Notes: a model not told the origin generated them from the letters alone. DNA of 64,000 nucleotides from Synechococcus sp. ELA057 (GCA_037144195.1 JBAWXG010000001.1:3569-67568); one strand, 5' to 3'; positions 1 to 9,720 are shown, numbered from the stretch's first letter. A program made the numbers and translations.

Positions 1-1135
1 CGGCCAGCTCCCGCGGCTGCACCCAGAGGCGCTGCACCAGCGGCGCCAGCAGCCACTCACTCAAGGGCACCACCAGGGTGGTGATCGCCAGAGGGATCAA
101 CGCCACCCGCCGCAGCCACCCGCGGGGAAGCGGCACGAGCAGCCCCAGGGCCGTGAGCAGCAGCAGCGCGGCCAGCAGCAGCCTGAGGGGGAGGCGGACG
201 TGCAGATCGACGAAGCCGGCACCGGCGGCAACACCGCTCCCCTGCACCATCAGATCAAAAGGAGCCAGTGCGGCGCTGATCGCCGCCACCACCGCCAGCA
301 CCGCCAGCTGGGGCTGGAGCACCCGCTTCTGCTCGCGGCTCAGGCCTGCAAAACGCATCTCCGAGAGACTGTTGCCCTCGCTGAGGGTGACCAGCAGGCA
401 GGCCGCCAGCCCCACAAGACCCTGGGCGAGAAGCACATCCAACAGCAGGTGCAGGGCGGGCAGCCGCAGCACCGTGAACGAGAGATCCAGGCCGGTGAGG
501 GGATCCCCCTCTCCAAAGCGCACCGCCAACAGCGCCGGCAGCCAGAGGCTCCAGCCCCTGGCCACGGCGGTGGCCGACCCCGCCAGGGCGGTGGCGAGGG
601 TGATGCGCAGCGTGGTCAGTGGCGCCAGCAGCAGCGGCAGCACCAGCGCGGCGGCCATGACGAACGGCAGGGCCGGGGGGAGCTGACGCAGCAGGGAAAA
701 TCCGATCAGCACCCTTCCGCTGAAGGGGGAGGCGATCAGATCGCTGGCCTGCACCAGCAGGGTGGACAGGCCCAGCACCAGCAGCAGCAACAGGGCCACC
801 AGCACGGCCACCAGAGCCCTGGGTCCCAGCCGCAGCAGCGGCGCCGATGGCAGGGCCTTGCGGCTGCTCTGTTGCCGCAGCAACCAGCAGCGCTGCAACT
901 GCCTGAGCTGCAGGAAGGCCAGAGGAGCGAAGACGAGCAGGAAAGCCGACAGCTGCAACAGCCAGCGCCGCAACACGACCTGCTGGAAACCGAACTGGGA
1001 GAACCAGCGCCATTCCACGGCCAGCCGCGAGGAGAGCAGCAACAGCGCCAGCACAAGCGCCAAGGCCGCACCCAGGGCGACCAACAGCCGGCGGAGCACC
1101 GCCTGGGGGCGAGAAGAGGTGTTCGGACTGGCCAC
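1..1135 (-). CDS. UPF0182 family membrane protein (3' part runs off the window)
   Basis: Manual translation from GTG at 1135: ...VLRRLLVALGAALALVLALLLLSSRLAVEWRWFSQFGFQQVVLRRWLLQ...FGEGDPLTGLDLSFTVLRLP...GAGFVDLHVRLP...LVQRLWVQPRELA. These match UPF0182-type motifs. Absent from the ORF track because there is no stop inside the window. Confidence 0.8.
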   Translation of the reverse strand, partial: MASPNTSSRPQAVLRRLLVALGAALALVLALLLLSSRLAVEWRWFSQFGFQQVVLRRWLLQLSAFLLVFAPLAFLQLRQLQRCWLLRQQSSRKALPSAPLLRLGPRALVAVLVALLLLLVLGLSTLLVQASDLIASPFSGRVLIGFSLLRQLPPALPFVMAAALVLPLLLAPLTTLRITLATALAGSATAVARGWSLWLPALLAVRFGEGDPLTGLDLSFTVLRLPALHLLLDVLLAQGLVGLAACLLVTLSEGNSLSEMRFAGLSREQKRVLQPQLAVLAVVAAISAALAPFDLMVQGSGVAAGAGFVDLHVRLPLRLLLAALLLLTALGLLVPLPRGWLRRVALIPLAITTLVVPLSEWLLAPLVQRLWVQPRELA

Positions 1136-1244
1136 GCCTTCGAGGGTAGGCAGGCTGCCCAGTGGCACCAGGGGCCTGCACCAGGGCAGCAGAGATCACG
1201 CGGGCCTTTGCACGACGGGCAGGGGCCCACACCAGGCGCCCAAG

Positions 1245-1269
1245 AAACCCGACCCAAGAGGTCAGGATT
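1245..1269. promoter_or_regulatory. Imperfect 25-bp palindrome, candidate Rrf2-family (IscR/CymR-like) operator
   Basis: AAACCCGAC-CCAAGAG-GTCAGGATT, arms 7/9 complementary, about 55 bp upstream of the thrC-like start. Confidence 0.35.
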
Positions 1270-1322
1270 GAATCGGCTGTTGTGATGGCGCTGATAGTCT
1301 CCGCTAGTCCGGGGTAGATGCC

Positions 1323-2606
1323 TTGACCGCCACCCTCTCCCGCTCCACCTTCACGGGCCTGCGCTGCAAGGAATGCGGCCAGCCCTACGAAGCGTCGGCA
1401 CGCCATGTCTGCGAGGACGTCTGTTTCGGACCGCTCGAGGTGGTCTACGACTACGAAGCCATCCGCTCCCGGGTGAGCCGGGCCACGATCGAGGCCGGGC
1501 CCGCCTCCATCTGGCGCTACCGGGAATTCCTGCCGATCGAGGGCGATCCGATCGATGTGGGCACCGGATTCACCCCCCTGCTCAAGGCCAACCGCCTGGC
1601 CCGCCGTCTGGGCCTCAAGAACCTCTACATCAAGAACGACGGCGTCAACATGCCGACCCTGTCGTTCAAGGATCGGGTGGTGTCCGTGGCCCTCACCCGC
1701 GCCCGCGAGCTGGGCTTCAGCACGGTGAGCTGCGCCTCCACCGGCAACCTGGCCAACTCCACCGCTGCCATCGCCGCCCATGCGGGTCTCGAGTGCTGCG
1801 TGTTCATCCCCAGCGACCTGGAACTGGGCAAGGTGCTCGGCACCCTGATCTACAACCCCACGCTGATGGCGGTGCGGGGGAACTACGACCAGGTCAACCG
1901 CCTCTGCTCCGAAGTCGCCAACACCTTCGGCTGGGGATTTGTGAACATCAACCTCAGGCCCTACTACTCGGAGGGCTCGAAGACCCTCGGCTATGAAGTG
2001 ATCGAGCAACTCGGCTGGCAGCTGCCCGACCACATCGTCGCCCCGCTGGCCTCCGGCTCGCTGTTCACCAAGATCCGCAAGGGCTTCGACGAATTCATCA
2101 AGGTGGGGCTCGTTGACGACAAGCCCGTGCGCTTCAGCGGGGCCCAGGCCGAGGGCTGCATGCCCATCGCCCAGGCCTTCGCCGAGGGGCGCGATTTCAT
2201 CACCCCCGTGAAGCCCAACACCATCGCCAAGTCGATCGCCATCGGCAATCCAGCCGACGGGCCCTACGCCATCGACATCGCCAATCGCACCGGTGGCAGC
2301 ATCGCCGCGGTGAGCGACCCGGAGATCATCGAGGGGATCAAGCTGCTGGCCGAGACCGAAGGTGTGTTCACCGAAACGGCCGGCGGCACCACGATCGCCG
2401 TGCTCAAGAAGCTGGTGGAGCAGGGCAAGATCGACCCGGATGAAACCACCGTGGCCTACATCACCGGCAATGGTCTCAAGACCACCGAGGCCGTGGCCAG
2501 CTCCATCGGGGAGCCGCTCCTGATCGATGCCCAGCTCGACAGCTTCAAGGCCGCCTGGGAGCGCGCCCAGGCGCTCCAGCGCGCCGAGCGTGAACTGGTG
2601 ATCTGA
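1323..2606 (+). CDS. thrC: Threonine synthase-like PLP enzyme (fold type II)
   Basis: N-terminal CKEC...CEDVC metal-binding motif, [11 protein letters not shown] lysine, [15 protein letters not shown] loop and ITGNGLK. Confidence 0.88.
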   Translation: MTATLSRSTFTGLRCKECGQPYEASARHVCEDVCFGPLEVVYDYEAIRSRVSRATIEAGPASIWRYREFLPIEGDPIDVGTGFTPLLKANRLARRLGLKNLYIKNDGVNMPTLSFKDRVVSVALTRARELGFSTVSCASTGNLANSTAAIAAHAGLECCVFIPSDLELGKVLGTLIYNPTLMAVRGNYDQVNRLCSEVANTFGWGFVNINLRPYYSEGSKTLGYEVIEQLGWQLPDHIVAPLASGSLFTKIRKGFDEFIKVGLVDDKPVRFSGAQAEGCMPIAQAFAEGRDFITPVKPNTIAKSIAIGNPADGPYAIDIANRTGGSIAAVSDPEIIEGIKLLAETEGVFTETAGGTTIAVLKKLVEQGKIDPDETTVAYITGNGLKTTEAVASSIGEPLLIDAQLDSFKAAWERAQALQRAERELVI

Positions 2607-2647
2607 ATTCCCGCCGCATCCTTTCCCGACCCGACGTTTCCCTTTCC

Positions 2648-2923
2648 ATGAGCATCACGGTCCTGATCCCCACCCCCCTGCAGAAGTTCACCCGGGATGA
2701 GGCCAGCGTGGCCCTGGAGGCCACCAGTGTCGATGGGCTGCTTCAGGCTCTGGAGGAGCGCTATCCCGGCATCCTGCAGCGCCTCTGCGATGAATCCGGC
2801 AAGCTGCGGCGCTTCCTCAATGTCTATGTGAACAGCGAGGACATCCGCTTTCTCGACAACCAGACCACCAGCCTCAAGGACGGCGATGAGGTCTCGATCG
2901 TGCCCGCCGTGGCCGGCGGCTGA
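2648..2923 (+). CDS. MoaD/ThiS/CysO family ubiquitin-like sulfur carrier protein
   Basis: 91 aa with [16 protein letters not shown] and C-terminal VPAVAGG di-glycine. Confidence 0.92.
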   Translation: MSITVLIPTPLQKFTRDEASVALEATSVDGLLQALEERYPGILQRLCDESGKLRRFLNVYVNSEDIRFLDNQTTSLKDGDEVSIVPAVAGG

Positions 2924-3052
2924 ACCGACACCCGAAGCCAGCGCAGATCTCTGTAGCGGACGCCACCAGGCAATGGCTGCACGTCCTTCAGATTCGGCAA
3001 CACAACCGTTCAGCCTTCCCCATAGGGTGGACCACCACTGCGGAGTGCCGTC

Positions 3053-4030
3053 ATGAGCAAAAGCCCTGCCTCTGACCCAGCCTCCCGTCCTGCCACCAGC
3101 CATGACTGGCTGGCCTCGGTGGAGATCTACGACTACCGCCACGCCGCCAATCCAGTAAGGCCCGGCCTCACCGAGCCGATCCCGTACCAGAGCTGGCCGG
3201 CCTCGCTGCATGCGGAAGCGCGGAGCGCCATCCTGCCGCTGGATCTCAGCGCGGTTTACGGCTGCCCTGGACCAGCCACCAGCCCCGGCCTGGCCGCCCA
3301 TTTTCTGCGGATCCTGGCCGGCGAGGGGCTCAAGGCGAGCGCCACCGCCACCAGCTCGCTGTTCTACGCCCTGAGGGGCAAAGGCTCCCTGCAGCGGCCC
3401 TCCTCCCCCGATCAGCCATCACTGGAGCTGAGCTGGGCACAGGGCGATCTGTTCGTGCTTCCCTGCGGAGCCGATCCGCTGCTGCACGCAGACGAAGACA
3501 GCCTGCTCTACTGGGTTCACGATGGTCCGCTGCTGCGTCATCTCGGCGCCCAGCCCAGCGAACCGCGCTTCAGCCCCAGCCACTACCCGGCAGCACTGCT
3601 GAATGAGGAACTGGAGAGGCTTCTGGCCGACCCCTCGGCGGCCCGCAGCAACCGCCTGAGCATCCTGCTGGCCAATGCGGATCATCCCTCCAGCCGCACC
3701 GTCACCCACACCCTCTGGGCCATGCTCGGCGTGGTGCCTGCAGGTGCCACCCAGCCGCCGCACCGCCACCAATCCGTCGCCCTCGATCTGATCATCGACT
3801 GCGATCCCGGCTGCTACACCCTGGTGGGCACCGAGCTCAACGCCGATGGCAGCATCCGCAATCCCAAGCGGATCGACTGGGAACCCGGCGGCGCCTTCAT
3901 CACCCCTCCGGGCCACTGGCACGCCCACACCAACAGCAGCGGCCGCCTGGCACGGCTGCTGCCGATCCAGGATGCAGGCCTGCAGACCTATCTCCGCAGC
4001 CTTGACATCCGCTTCGCGGGGCCGGCCTGA
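3053..4030 (+). CDS. Bicupin protein (gentisate 1,2-dioxygenase-like cupin)
   Basis: QPPHRHQS and FITPPGHWHAHTN cupin metal motifs; an earlier WAQGDLFVLP segment suggests a first, degenerate cupin repeat. Confidence 0.75.
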   Translation: MSKSPASDPASRPATSHDWLASVEIYDYRHAANPVRPGLTEPIPYQSWPASLHAEARSAILPLDLSAVYGCPGPATSPGLAAHFLRILAGEGLKASATATSSLFYALRGKGSLQRPSSPDQPSLELSWAQGDLFVLPCGADPLLHADEDSLLYWVHDGPLLRHLGAQPSEPRFSPSHYPAALLNEELERLLADPSAARSNRLSILLANADHPSSRTVTHTLWAMLGVVPAGATQPPHRHQSVALDLIIDCDPGCYTLVGTELNADGSIRNPKRIDWEPGGAFITPPGHWHAHTNSSGRLARLLPIQDAGLQTYLRSLDIRFAGPA

Positions 4031-4039
4031 CGCTGGAGT

Positions 4040-4795
4040 TCAGCCCCCCGGCTGAGGTTCCCGCACCCGCACGAGGCGGTACCCCCTGCTCAGCAGGCCA
4101 TCGAGCAGAGCCGGCAGAGCCGCTGCCGTGCGCGGGCTGTCGTGCAGCAGCACGATGGAGCCTGGCCGCACGCGCAGCAGCACCCGCCGGGCGATCGAAG
4201 CCGGATCGGGATCCATGTAATCGCGGGAATCCACAGACCACAGCACATCCAGCTTGCCCCGCTGCGCCAGCAACCAGGGCAGCACCAGCAGCTTCTGGCC
4301 ATAGGGCGGTCGGAAATCGATCGGGCCGCCGTAGCCGAGCTCCCGGATCAGGCGGTCGGTGCGATCGATCTCCTCGGCATAGGCCCGCGGACGCTCCAGC
4401 ACCATGCGGGGATGGGAGTAGGAGTGGTTGCCGATCTGATGGCCGTCCCGGAGGATGCGCCGCGCCAGATCGGGACGCTGTTCGATCCGGCGGCCGATCA
4501 GGAAGAAGGTGGCGGGAACGCTTCTCCGTCGCAGCTCCGCCAGGATCGTCTCCGTGGAGCGCGGACTGGGCCCATCGTCAAAGCTCAGCGCCACGACCTT
4601 GCCGGTGGCGGGGATGTCGGCCCGATGCGCTCCGAACACCTGGATGCGATGCGAATCGGCCAGCAGCGCCAGTGCAGCCAGCAGGGCAGCGGCGCCGGCG
4701 ATCGAAACCAGCGGGAATCGCAGATGCGGTTTCAGGGGCTCCGGTGCGGCGGCTTGCGTGATGCAGCAGGCTAAGAGCCCTTCAGGAGCTCCCAT
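4040..4795 (-). CDS. Polysaccharide deacetylase (NodB/CE4) with N-terminal membrane anchor; start uncertain
   Basis: VALSFDDGP, ATFFLIG, GNHSYSH, FRPPYG, WSVDSRDY and IVLLHD motifs. Confidence 0.88.
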   Translation of the reverse strand: MGAPEGLLACCITQAAAPEPLKPHLRFPLVSIAGAAALLAALALLADSHRIQVFGAHRADIPATGKVVALSFDDGPSPRSTETILAELRRRSVPATFFLIGRRIEQRPDLARRILRDGHQIGNHSYSHPRMVLERPRAYAEEIDRTDRLIRELGYGGPIDFRPPYGQKLLVLPWLLAQRGKLDVLWSVDSRDYMDPDPASIARRVLLRVRPGSIVLLHDSPRTAAALPALLDGLLSRGYRLVRVREPQPGG

Positions 4796-4865
4796 TCCGG
4801 GTCGATCTCCGGCACTGACGCTGCATCCCTGATCGGACGGGTCGCCGCTGAGCAGCCTTGAGGAC

Positions 4866-5588
4866 ATGCCAACCCAGTCCCTGGTGATCCCCACAGGACA
4901 GCACGCCCTGCAGGGCGTGCTGTCCCTGCCCGAAAGCCCCCGGGGGCTGGTGCTGTTCATCCACGGCAGCGGCAGCGACCACCGGAGCCCCCGCAACAGG
5001 GCCGTGGCTGCTGCGCTGGAGACGGCCGGTCTGGCGTCCTTGTTGTTCGATCTGCGCAGCCAGGCGGAGCAGCTCCAGGACCCGACCCAGAGCCTCCCGC
5101 CCCTGCCGATGCCGCTTCTGATTGAGCGGGTGTTCCGGTGTCTCGACTGGCTCTGGCAGCAGCCATCCGTGGGCGGCCTGTTCCCGGTTGGCCTGTTCGG
5201 ATCGAGCACCGGTGCGGCCCTGGCCCTGCAGGCTGCTGCCTCCCGGCCCTGGCAGATCGGCGCTGTGGTGTGCCGTGGAGGGCGGATCGATCTGGCTGGA
5301 GCAGCTCTGGACCACGTGCTCGCTCCAACCCTGTTGATCGTGGGCAGCCGCGACCCAGCGCTGCTGGCGCTCAACCGCCAGGCACGTGCTCGCCTGCGCT
5401 GCCCCAACTGGCTCGAGGTGGTGGAGGGGGGCGATCATCTGTTCACCGCAGCCGGATCGCTGCAACAGGTGGCCCGCCTCAGCTGCGACTGGTTCGGACA
5501 GTGGCTGCGAGCCGGCGTTCAGCCACCGGCAGCTCGGGGCTCGGCAGGCCGCGATTCAGCACCCAAGGGCAGGATCATGTGCCGATGA
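4866..5588 (+). CDS. Dienelactone hydrolase-like alpha/beta hydrolase
   Basis: LVLFIHGSGSDHRSPRN, GLFGSSTG nucleophile elbow, LLIVGSRD and GGDHLF. Confidence 0.85.
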   Translation: MPTQSLVIPTGQHALQGVLSLPESPRGLVLFIHGSGSDHRSPRNRAVAAALETAGLASLLFDLRSQAEQLQDPTQSLPPLPMPLLIERVFRCLDWLWQQPSVGGLFPVGLFGSSTGAALALQAAASRPWQIGAVVCRGGRIDLAGAALDHVLAPTLLIVGSRDPALLALNRQARARLRCPNWLEVVEGGDHLFTAAGSLQQVARLSCDWFGQWLRAGVQPPAARGSAGRDSAPKGRIMCR

Positions 5589-6259
5589 GACCCTGCCCGC
5601 CCCTGTGGCGCGACCGCCGTGAAGCGGGCCTGGCCCTGGGGCATCAGCTGCTGAACCGAGGCCCCCTGCCAGCGGACACGCTGCTGCTGGGGCTCCCGCG
5701 GGGTGGGGTATTGGTGGCGGCAGCGATGGCGGAGGTGCTGCAGCGGCCCCTGCGCAGCTGGAGTGTGCGCAAGATCGCCGATCCAAACTGGCCGGAGCTG
5801 GCGATCGGTGCCATCGCCCCCGGCGATGTCTGCCTCTGGCGGGAAGGGCCGGAGGGCCCAGAGCAGAGCCGGGCGCGGCAGCAGGGCTGGCTGCAACAGC
5901 AGCAACGGGAGCTGGCACGGCGGATGGTTCTCTACGGCGATCCTTCTGCGCAGGAGCTGAAAGGACGCCACCTGATCGCCATTGACGATGGCATCGCCAC
6001 CGGAATGACCGCCCTGGCTGGCCTGACCTCCCTGCATCAGGTCGCTCCGGCCTCGCTGATGCTGGCCGTCCCGATCCTGGATGAGGCCATCCTCTGCCGG
6101 ATGCGACCGCTGGTGGATGCCCTGGAGGTGCTGGCCATCGTGGGGGGGCTTGGGGCGGTGGGTGCCTGGTACGAGCACTTTCCCCAGCTCGATGACACAG
6201 AAGTGTTGGCCCTGCTGGAGCGGCACCGTGAAGGCCCGCAGACGCTGCAAGCCAGCTGA
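5585..6259 (+). CDS. Phosphoribosyltransferase family protein
   Basis: ATGA overlap with the hydrolase stop; DRREAG, LGLPRGG, VRKI...PELAIGA and IAIDDGIATG PRPP-binding loop. Confidence 0.85.
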   Translation: MRPCPPLWRDRREAGLALGHQLLNRGPLPADTLLLGLPRGGVLVAAAMAEVLQRPLRSWSVRKIADPNWPELAIGAIAPGDVCLWREGPEGPEQSRARQQGWLQQQQRELARRMVLYGDPSAQELKGRHLIAIDDGIATGMTALAGLTSLHQVAPASLMLAVPILDEAILCRMRPLVDALEVLAIVGGLGAVGAWYEHFPQLDDTEVLALLERHREGPQTLQAS

Positions 6260-7159
6260 TCAGGTGAGAGTCCAATCCAGCTCCAGCAGGCTGCGGCGGC
6301 AGGCCGGCTCCAGCAGTTCGCCGCGCAGCAGCAACCAGCGGTTCCAGCAGGCCTGACGCTCAGCGCTGATCCAGGCTTGCAGCGCCTGCGCGGCATCGCC
6401 CCAGCGCGGCCTGCGTTCCTGCTCCAGCCAGCGCTCCATCACCGCCAGATCCTGCAGGTCGCCGAGGCAGTTCTGGGCTTGGCGCCAGCGCTGCAGCCAG
6501 GCCTCCGCAGGGGCACCGAGGGGCTCCTGCAGCAGTTCGAGGCTGTAGCGGACCGCCTTCAACCGCTTGCGCAGATCATGCAGATCGGCGGCATCCGGCG
6601 CTTCTGCGAACCAGCCGGAGTGCAGGAAGCAACCCCCTGCAAAGGACAGCAGCCACTCCCGGATCCAGGGCTGCAGAGGCTGCTCGCCCAAGGGCGTGAA
6701 TCGCGGCTGCTGCTGCCAGTCATTCAGACGCTGCAGCAGCCGCTGGGTGCGTGAGGCCAGCAGTTCGGCTTCCAGCAGGGCAAAGGCCTTCCGGCGCCGC
6801 TGGGCCAACGAGTCCAACAGGACCCCACCGCAGCGCTGACGCTGCGGCGCCTCCAGAGCCGGCAGAAGGTCCTGCTCCAGGCGTTGGCGCAGCACATCGA
6901 GATCGCGGGTCTGCCCCGTTGCCCTGGCCAGCAGGGCAAGCCGGCGGGGCGTGACCCTGGCGGGCAGCACCAATGCCGGAGCGAACTGGATCAGCAGGGA
7001 ACGCAGCCGCCTCAGGCTGACCCGGTACTGATGCAGGGGTTCAGGATCGCGATCCGCCAGCACATCGGCCCGCAGATGGTGCAGGCGATGGCTCAGGTGC
7101 TGCAGCCGCTCAAGGGCGTAGGCGCCGGCGCTGAGGGAGTGTGCCAAGGAAGGATTCAC
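6260..7159 (-). CDS. CHAD domain protein (polyphosphate-binding family)
   Basis: DPEPLHQYRVSLRRLRS, TRDLDVL, LHDLRKRLKAVRYSLE and LGDLQD. Confidence 0.9.
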   Translation of the reverse strand: MNPSLAHSLSAGAYALERLQHLSHRLHHLRADVLADRDPEPLHQYRVSLRRLRSLLIQFAPALVLPARVTPRRLALLARATGQTRDLDVLRQRLEQDLLPALEAPQRQRCGGVLLDSLAQRRRKAFALLEAELLASRTQRLLQRLNDWQQQPRFTPLGEQPLQPWIREWLLSFAGGCFLHSGWFAEAPDAADLHDLRKRLKAVRYSLELLQEPLGAPAEAWLQRWRQAQNCLGDLQDLAVMERWLEQERRPRWGDAAQALQAWISAERQACWNRWLLLRGELLEPACRRSLLELDWTLT

Positions 7160-7301
7160 AGGGCTCTCCTCTCACCATTGCCATGGGAGGGCCAACAGAG
7201 GGTTAAGCACGGGGTCCGATCAGAGAACAAGAAACCCAACCTCCAGATGCGCTGCCTAAGGTTCGCGGCTAGTCAGCCAGACCTTCCCGATTCACGCTCC
7301 C

Positions 7302-7583
7302 ATGCCCTTTTCCTTTCAGTCTCCCCGCAGCGCTCACCGTTCGATCGTTCCGATCGCCGCCCTTCCTCTGTTTGTGACCACCATCACGGGCATCGCCTAC
7401 AGCATGCTGGACCAGATGGGCATCCATGCCGACTGGGTGCTGGACATCCATTACGGCCATTACGGACCGGTGGATCTCAGCGGCATTTATCCGCTGCTCC
7501 TCGGACTCTGCGTGCTGTTCCTGATGGGAACAGGCCTGTCCATGTGGCTGCAGAATCGCCGCAAATCGAAACCGGCAGGCTGA
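7302..7583 (+). CDS. Small two-TM membrane protein, PepSY-associated TM helix-like
   Basis: HRSIVPIAALPLFVTTITG, WVLDIHYGHYG and IYPLLLGL; two hydrophobic helices each preceded by His. Confidence 0.65.
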   Translation: MPFSFQSPRSAHRSIVPIAALPLFVTTITGIAYSMLDQMGIHADWVLDIHYGHYGPVDLSGIYPLLLGLCVLFLMGTGLSMWLQNRRKSKPAG

Positions 7584-7617
7584 CGCCCCTCCACCTCCTT
7601 GAGAGGCCGGTTGCTGA

Positions 7618-7962
7618 TCAGCGCAGCTCAATGCCGCTGAGGCGATCACGAAAACCCTGGTTGAAGCCCGCTTGCGCGTCGCTGGATCCGGCAGCCCCCA
7701 TCGGGCCGTCGGTTGCCAGGGCCCCGGGTTCGATCACCCGCACCTCGACCGCTTCGGCGGCACGCCGGCTGCGGCCGATCCCTGCGTTGGCGCGGGCCTG
7801 GATCGCCCGGATCAGGCTGCGGCTTCGGTTCACCGTGGCCACCGTCTCCCCTTCACCGGGGCGGATCAGGGGATGATCCCGCAGCTCCGAGCGCAGCTGG
7901 TTGAGCAAGCGGAAATGACCGGTGGTGTTGTAGCGGCGCAACACAGCGGGGTCCCAGGCCAT
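7618..7962 (-). CDS. Conserved picocyanobacterial hypothetical protein
   Basis: N-terminus MAWDPAVLRRYNTTGHFRLLNQLRSEL resembles small Synechococcus/Prochlorococcus proteins (from recall); the C-terminal half is low complexity. Confidence 0.6.
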   Translation of the reverse strand: MAWDPAVLRRYNTTGHFRLLNQLRSELRDHPLIRPGEGETVATVNRSRSLIRAIQARANAGIGRSRRAAEAVEVRVIEPGALATDGPMGAAGSSDAQAGFNQGFRDRLSGIELR

Positions 7963-8022
7963 CCATCGCAATCACAGAGTCCTCAAGCCTAGGCGGCCTG
8001 GAGAACCGCCCCCGACGATCAC

Positions 8023-8040
8023 TTTGTGATAGGTTGTAAA
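8023..8040 (-). promoter_or_regulatory. HLR1-like (RpaB) direct repeat
   Basis: Minus strand TTTACAAC-CT-ATCACAAA compared with consensus (G/T)TTACA(T/A)(T/A)-N2-repeat; lies in the divergent intergenic region. Confidence 0.4.
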
Positions 8041-8131
8041 GGTGCAACTGGTACTCGGTTCGACTTCGACTTAGAGCCGGAGTCCTTTGGTCACCGCTGG
8101 ATTGCACGCTCACCATTTCCGCTCCTTCTCC

Positions 8132-8722
<591 letters not shown>

Positions 8723-8754
8723 TCCCGGGCGCTCCTCGCCCAGCGCCAGTCCAC

Positions 8755-8780
8755 GCCCCGGGGAGACCCGGGGCTTTTTT
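8755..8780 (+). terminator. Rho-independent terminator after peroxiredoxin
   Basis: GCCCCGGG-GAGA-CCCGGGGC followed by TTTTTT. Confidence 0.85.
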
Positions 8781-8782
8781 GT

Positions 8783-9436
8783 TCAAGCCAAAAGCGAGGC
8801 CAGCAGCCGGCGGCCATCGATCCCGCCGAGGGCCGCATCGCAGGCCCGTTCCGGATGGGGCATCAGGCCCAGCACATTGCCCGCTGCATTGCTCAGCCCG
8901 GCCACATCCCCGATGGAGCCGTTGGGATTGCTGGCGTAGCGCAGCACCACCTGCCCCTGACGCTCCAGCAGCGCCAGCTCCTGGGGTTCCAACTGATAAC
9001 GACCCTCACCATGGGCGATCGGGAGCGCGATGCGCTCGCCGTCGCCGTAACCGCCGAGCCAGCGGCAGGAGCCTGGGGAAACGACCAGCTCGGTGGGTTC
9101 GCAGAGGAAGTGCAGGCCTCGGTTGCGGGTGAGGGCACCAGGGAGCAGCCCCATTTCCGTCAGCACCTGGAAGCCGTTGCAGATGCCGAGCACAGGCCCG
9201 CCGGCCTCGGCGAAGCGACGCACCGCCTGCAGCACCGGCGCAAACCGGGCGATCGCGCCGCAGCGCAGATAGTCGCCATAGCTGAAGCCACCGGGCAGCA
9301 CCACGGCCGCCACCCCGGCGAGATCTCGCTCCTCGTGCCAGAGGAAGCGGGTGGGAAGGCCGAGGCAGCCCTCCAGAGCCCAGCGCAGATCCCGGTCGCA
9401 GTTCGAACCGGGGAACACCACGATGCCGATCGTCAT
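8783..9436 (-). CDS. purQ: Phosphoribosylformylglycinamidine synthase glutaminase subunit
   Basis: [34 protein letters not shown] and GLMPHPER. Confidence 0.97.
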   Translation of the reverse strand: MTIGIVVFPGSNCDRDLRWALEGCLGLPTRFLWHEERDLAGVAAVVLPGGFSYGDYLRCGAIARFAPVLQAVRRFAEAGGPVLGICNGFQVLTEMGLLPGALTRNRGLHFLCEPTELVVSPGSCRWLGGYGDGERIALPIAHGEGRYQLEPQELALLERQGQVVLRYASNPNGSIGDVAGLSNAAGNVLGLMPHPERACDAALGGIDGRRLLASLLA

Positions 9437-9447
9437 CCCTGCCCTCC

Positions 9448-9720
9448 TCAACCGGCTTCGGACAGATCCAGCGACCAGTCCTCGATGACGGGATTGGCCA
9501 ACAGGCGGTCACTGAGCAGTTCGAGGCGCTGCTGGGCCGTGGCCCGATCCGGTGCCTCCAGCGCCACCTCGATCGCCTTGCCGATCCGCAGCCGCTGGAT
9601 GCCATCCACACCCAGACGGGCTGCGGCCGCACGGGTGGCCTCTCCGGCCGGATCCAGCACCGACGGCCTCAGGGACACCTGCACACGGGCATGGAAAAGC
9701 GGCACAAGCACCTCGGGCAT
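9448..9720 (-). CDS. purS: FGAM synthase subunit PurS
   Basis: [15 protein letters not shown] and LLANPVIE; adjacent to purQ. Confidence 0.95.
   Translation of the reverse strand: MPEVLVPLFHARVQVSLRPSVLDPAGEATRAAAARLGVDGIQRLRIGKAIEVALEAPDRATAQQRLELLSDRLLANPVIEDWSLDLSEAG

Noticed and set aside
255-2033. 592-aa minus-strand ORF and the plus-strand ORFs at 78-1285
   Set aside because: Shadows of the thrC-like gene and the UPF0182 gene, which occupies a different minus frame.
2953-2966. NtcA-like GTA-N8-CAC upstream of the cupin
   Set aside because: Imperfect site with no TAN3T box at the expected distance.
4796-5407. Long N-terminal extension of the polysaccharide deacetylase ORF
   Set aside because: Antisense to the hydrolase gene, with no domain signal.
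6257-6262. Zero-gap convergent stops forming TGATCA (also at 10185-10190)
   Set aside because: Expected from TGA preference and dense gene packing; no evidence of an insertion site.
7189-7218. Possible Pho box (CTTAACCC on the minus strand) upstream of CHAD
   Set aside because: Only one good half-site; the 11-bp-spaced neighbours match poorly.
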